The notes below the pieces were generated by a model. It worked only from the letters and a program-made list of their open reading frames with translations. It had not been told where the DNA came from and ran no database searches. The position numbers were made by a program, and so were the translations under genes. From Nitrososphaeraceae archaeon (GTDB lineage: Archaea > Thermoproteota > Nitrososphaeria > Nitrososphaerales > Nitrososphaeraceae), in the NCBI GenBank assembly GCA_035297365.1, contig DATGZA010000038.1, positions 1-18,729 on the forward strand: a DNA stretch of 18,729 nucleotides. Direction: 5' to 3'. Positions 16,609 through 18,729 of this stretch are shown piece by piece. Each line of letters starts with the position of its first letter. Position 1 is the stretch's first letter.

Positions 16609-17976
16609 ATGCTTTTGGAATTTATAAGGTGCGAATTTAAGCATCCTTTTATTGTTGGTATTTTATTATTTCTTATCTGTTTACAAACTTTAACTTTTCA
16701 TGAAGGTTTTTCAACAAATAACAAATCTTTCATGTCTCCAGATAAAGGTAATTTTACTAAAAGTATAAAGAAAGATTTTATTAATACAAGTAATGATAAT
16801 AACAGTAGTACTTCTGTTAAACAAAATCAGACTATAAATGAACAAAAAATAAAAATTGTTGCTGCAGGTGATTTTGGTTGTGGACCTGTGGCACAAAATA
16901 ATATTAAACAAATTGAATTGCGAAATCCAGATATTTTCTTGGTACTGGGAGATTTATCATATGAACCAAGTTTGGATTGCTGGTACAATATGACTAGAGC
17001 ATTGGATTCAAAAATTAAAGTTGCTATAGGTAATCATGAGGATGACGAAGAAAAAGCAAAAGGAGGTTCTAAAGAACTAAAAGATTCATTGTTAGAACAT
17101 TATAATTTACAAAACTCATACTATTCATTCGATTATGGAAATGTACACTTTTTAGTGTTAGATACACAATTAGAATTTTCGCTTAATGTTTTTAAGCCCG
17201 AGGAAGGAGAAGACGAAGAAGATAATGAAAGTAATAAAGATACTGGAAGTAATGAGAAACCTGGCGCAAAATATCATGTTACAACACTTAAAGATCTATT
17301 AGCCAAAAATAGTATAAAGGCCGAAATACCTCCATATCATTTGTTAAATGAAGAAGTGATTGTTGAAGATATTCCATTTCATACAGAACAATATAAATTT
17401 GCTGTAAATGATCTAGAGAAGGCTAATAATGACTCCTCTATAGATTGGATTATAGTTATGTTCCACAAGCCATTATATTCTTCACTTTCAAGTCACATTC
17501 AAGAGTATATTATGAGAGATAAATATCAACCTGTATTTGACAGATATGGAGTTGATATAGTATTACAAGGTCACAATCATATATATGATAGAACTTTACC
17601 TCTTCAGTTTAATCCTAATAATATTAGTAAACCAATCGTAAATGAATCGAATAATACAAATAAATTTTCTAATCCAGAAGGATCAATTTTTTCTGTTATT
17701 GGTCTAGGAGGTAGGAGTAGTCATATAATGTTAAATCAACCCAATTATGTAGTAAGTCAGCATAATGGTTTCGGATTTCTTGATATCGAGATTAATGGAA
17801 AAGAGTTAGATGCAAAATATTATGATATAGGATACAAATGCAAAGAAGATAAATTAAAAGAAAGTGATTTAGATAAAGGAGATTTTACCATATTTGAAAT
17901 GCCATCATGTAAAATGTATAAAGGTACAAACTCTTTAAAAATAATTGACCATTATACTATATCTAAGGTACAATAA
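16609..17976 (+). CDS. Secreted metallophosphoesterase, purple acid phosphatase-like
   Basis: All five motifs are present: GDFG, GDLSY, GNHE, FHKP and GHNH. Hydrophobic N-terminal segment. Confidence 0.93.
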   Translation: MLLEFIRCEFKHPFIVGILLFLICLQTLTFHEGFSTNNKSFMSPDKGNFTKSIKKDFINTSNDNNSSTSVKQNQTINEQKIKIVAAGDFGCGPVAQNNIKQIELRNPDIFLVLGDLSYEPSLDCWYNMTRALDSKIKVAIGNHEDDEEKAKGGSKELKDSLLEHYNLQNSYYSFDYGNVHFLVLDTQLEFSLNVFKPEEGEDEEDNESNKDTGSNEKPGAKYHVTTLKDLLAKNSIKAEIPPYHLLNEEVIVEDIPFHTEQYKFAVNDLEKANNDSSIDWIIVMFHKPLYSSLSSHIQEYIMRDKYQPVFDRYGVDIVLQGHNHIYDRTLPLQFNPNNISKPIVNESNNTNKFSNPEGSIFSVIGLGGRSSHIMLNQPNYVVSQHNGFGFLDIEINGKELDAKYYDIGYKCKEDKLKESDLDKGDFTIFEMPSCKMYKGTNSLKIIDHYTISKVQ

Positions 17977-18299
17977 TTTTATCAAATAATTTTTATCATA
18001 TTGTTGCTTTTTATGATTTATATAAAAGATATTGAAGAATAATGTAAACACAATATTTTAAAAATTATATTTATCTATGAATAATTTCTAGTCAATAAAC
18101 TATTGAATAATAGATTTTATTTAATTATTGAATTTATGTGTCGTATAGTGTATATCATTTCTTAAAACACATAATGAAATTGAATCTAAATAATAGTAGG
18201 GCAATACTGTTATGCAAAAATTATCTTAATGTTTAGTATATTATAAAGTAATGTTTATTACCTGCTTGTAGTTTATTAAGTTCCAGTCCTTTTTTAGAA

Positions 18300-18590
18300 T
18301 CAATATCGCAATGGAAATGACTGGCCACATATTGTATAAGGGAACACTAAATTATATTAACATTTTCAATAAACACAAAAATGATATATTATTTTCACCA
18401 AGATAAGAATTTCCTAAATATTCAGAAATTGTCAATATGAAAGATATCAAAACTAAAACTAACTCTATCATTATAAGAAACGAACAATGGGTTTTCGATT
18501 CTCTAGAATGAAATTATAATTCCAATGAAGTATATGATGCTAAATAAGATACATTTACTATTACTGGCAAATTTAAAGGTAATTCCTAAC
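18300..18590 (+). pseudogene. Possible decayed gene of unknown family
   Basis: One frame reads protein-like with scattered stops: AMEMTGHILYKGTLNYINIF...SPR*EFPKYSEIVNMKD...NEQWVFDSLE*NYNSNEVYDAK*DTFTITGKFKGNS*. No family recognised. Confidence 0.3.
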
Positions 18591-18729
18591 GGTAAGATAT
18601 AAATTATAATAGATGATGACGAATATAATTTATACGATTTAAATCTCTGAGTACAATATGCAAAAATGTATCCTTCAATATTTCTCGTTTCTTCTTTTAG
18701 AATCATTCTAAAATGTTGTGTACTTCTTT

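Noticed and set aside
5313-16911. Short ORFs 5313..5498, 8098..8361, 9014..9307, 9876..10067, 10590..10850, 11684..11947, 11698..11886, 12847..13077, 14874..15092 and 16711..16911
   Set aside because: All are antisense shadows of better-supported genes or pseudogenes.
18503-18706. 67-aa minus-strand ORF
   Set aside because: No motifs; composition is consistent with AT-rich noise or an antisense shadow.

Overview
AT-rich accessory region, most likely from a soil ammonia-oxidising archaeon (Nitrososphaeraceae / Nitrosocosmicus-like). This is inferred from the protein families, the IS types and TATA-like promoters, not proven. Intact genes are a small zinc-ribbon protein, a secreted alpha/beta hydrolase, a patatin-like phospholipase, a DJ-1/PfpI protein, an SQR-like flavoprotein, a purple-acid-phosphatase-type metallophosphoesterase and three secreted hypothetical proteins. 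Much of the 'intergenic' DNA is decayed genes that the ORF track misses: tyrosine-integrase and MCM-like fragments, IS6, IS630 and possible IS5 transposase relics, and broken FGase-like, PPOX, VOC, DUF1059, Met-rich and unknown genes. The main unexplained structure is two related repeat families built on a tRNA T-loop-like core, TTCA(A/C)ATCCCAC. Family A has five co-oriented copies with a 33-bp core and mosaic flanking arms, dividing the region into 1.4-5.1 kb gene blocks. Family B has two inverted ~92-bp copies with an attP-like layout. Together they suggest a cassette-accreting site-specific recombination system (tandem att array or integron-like). All family assignments come from reading motifs by eye; no database search was run.
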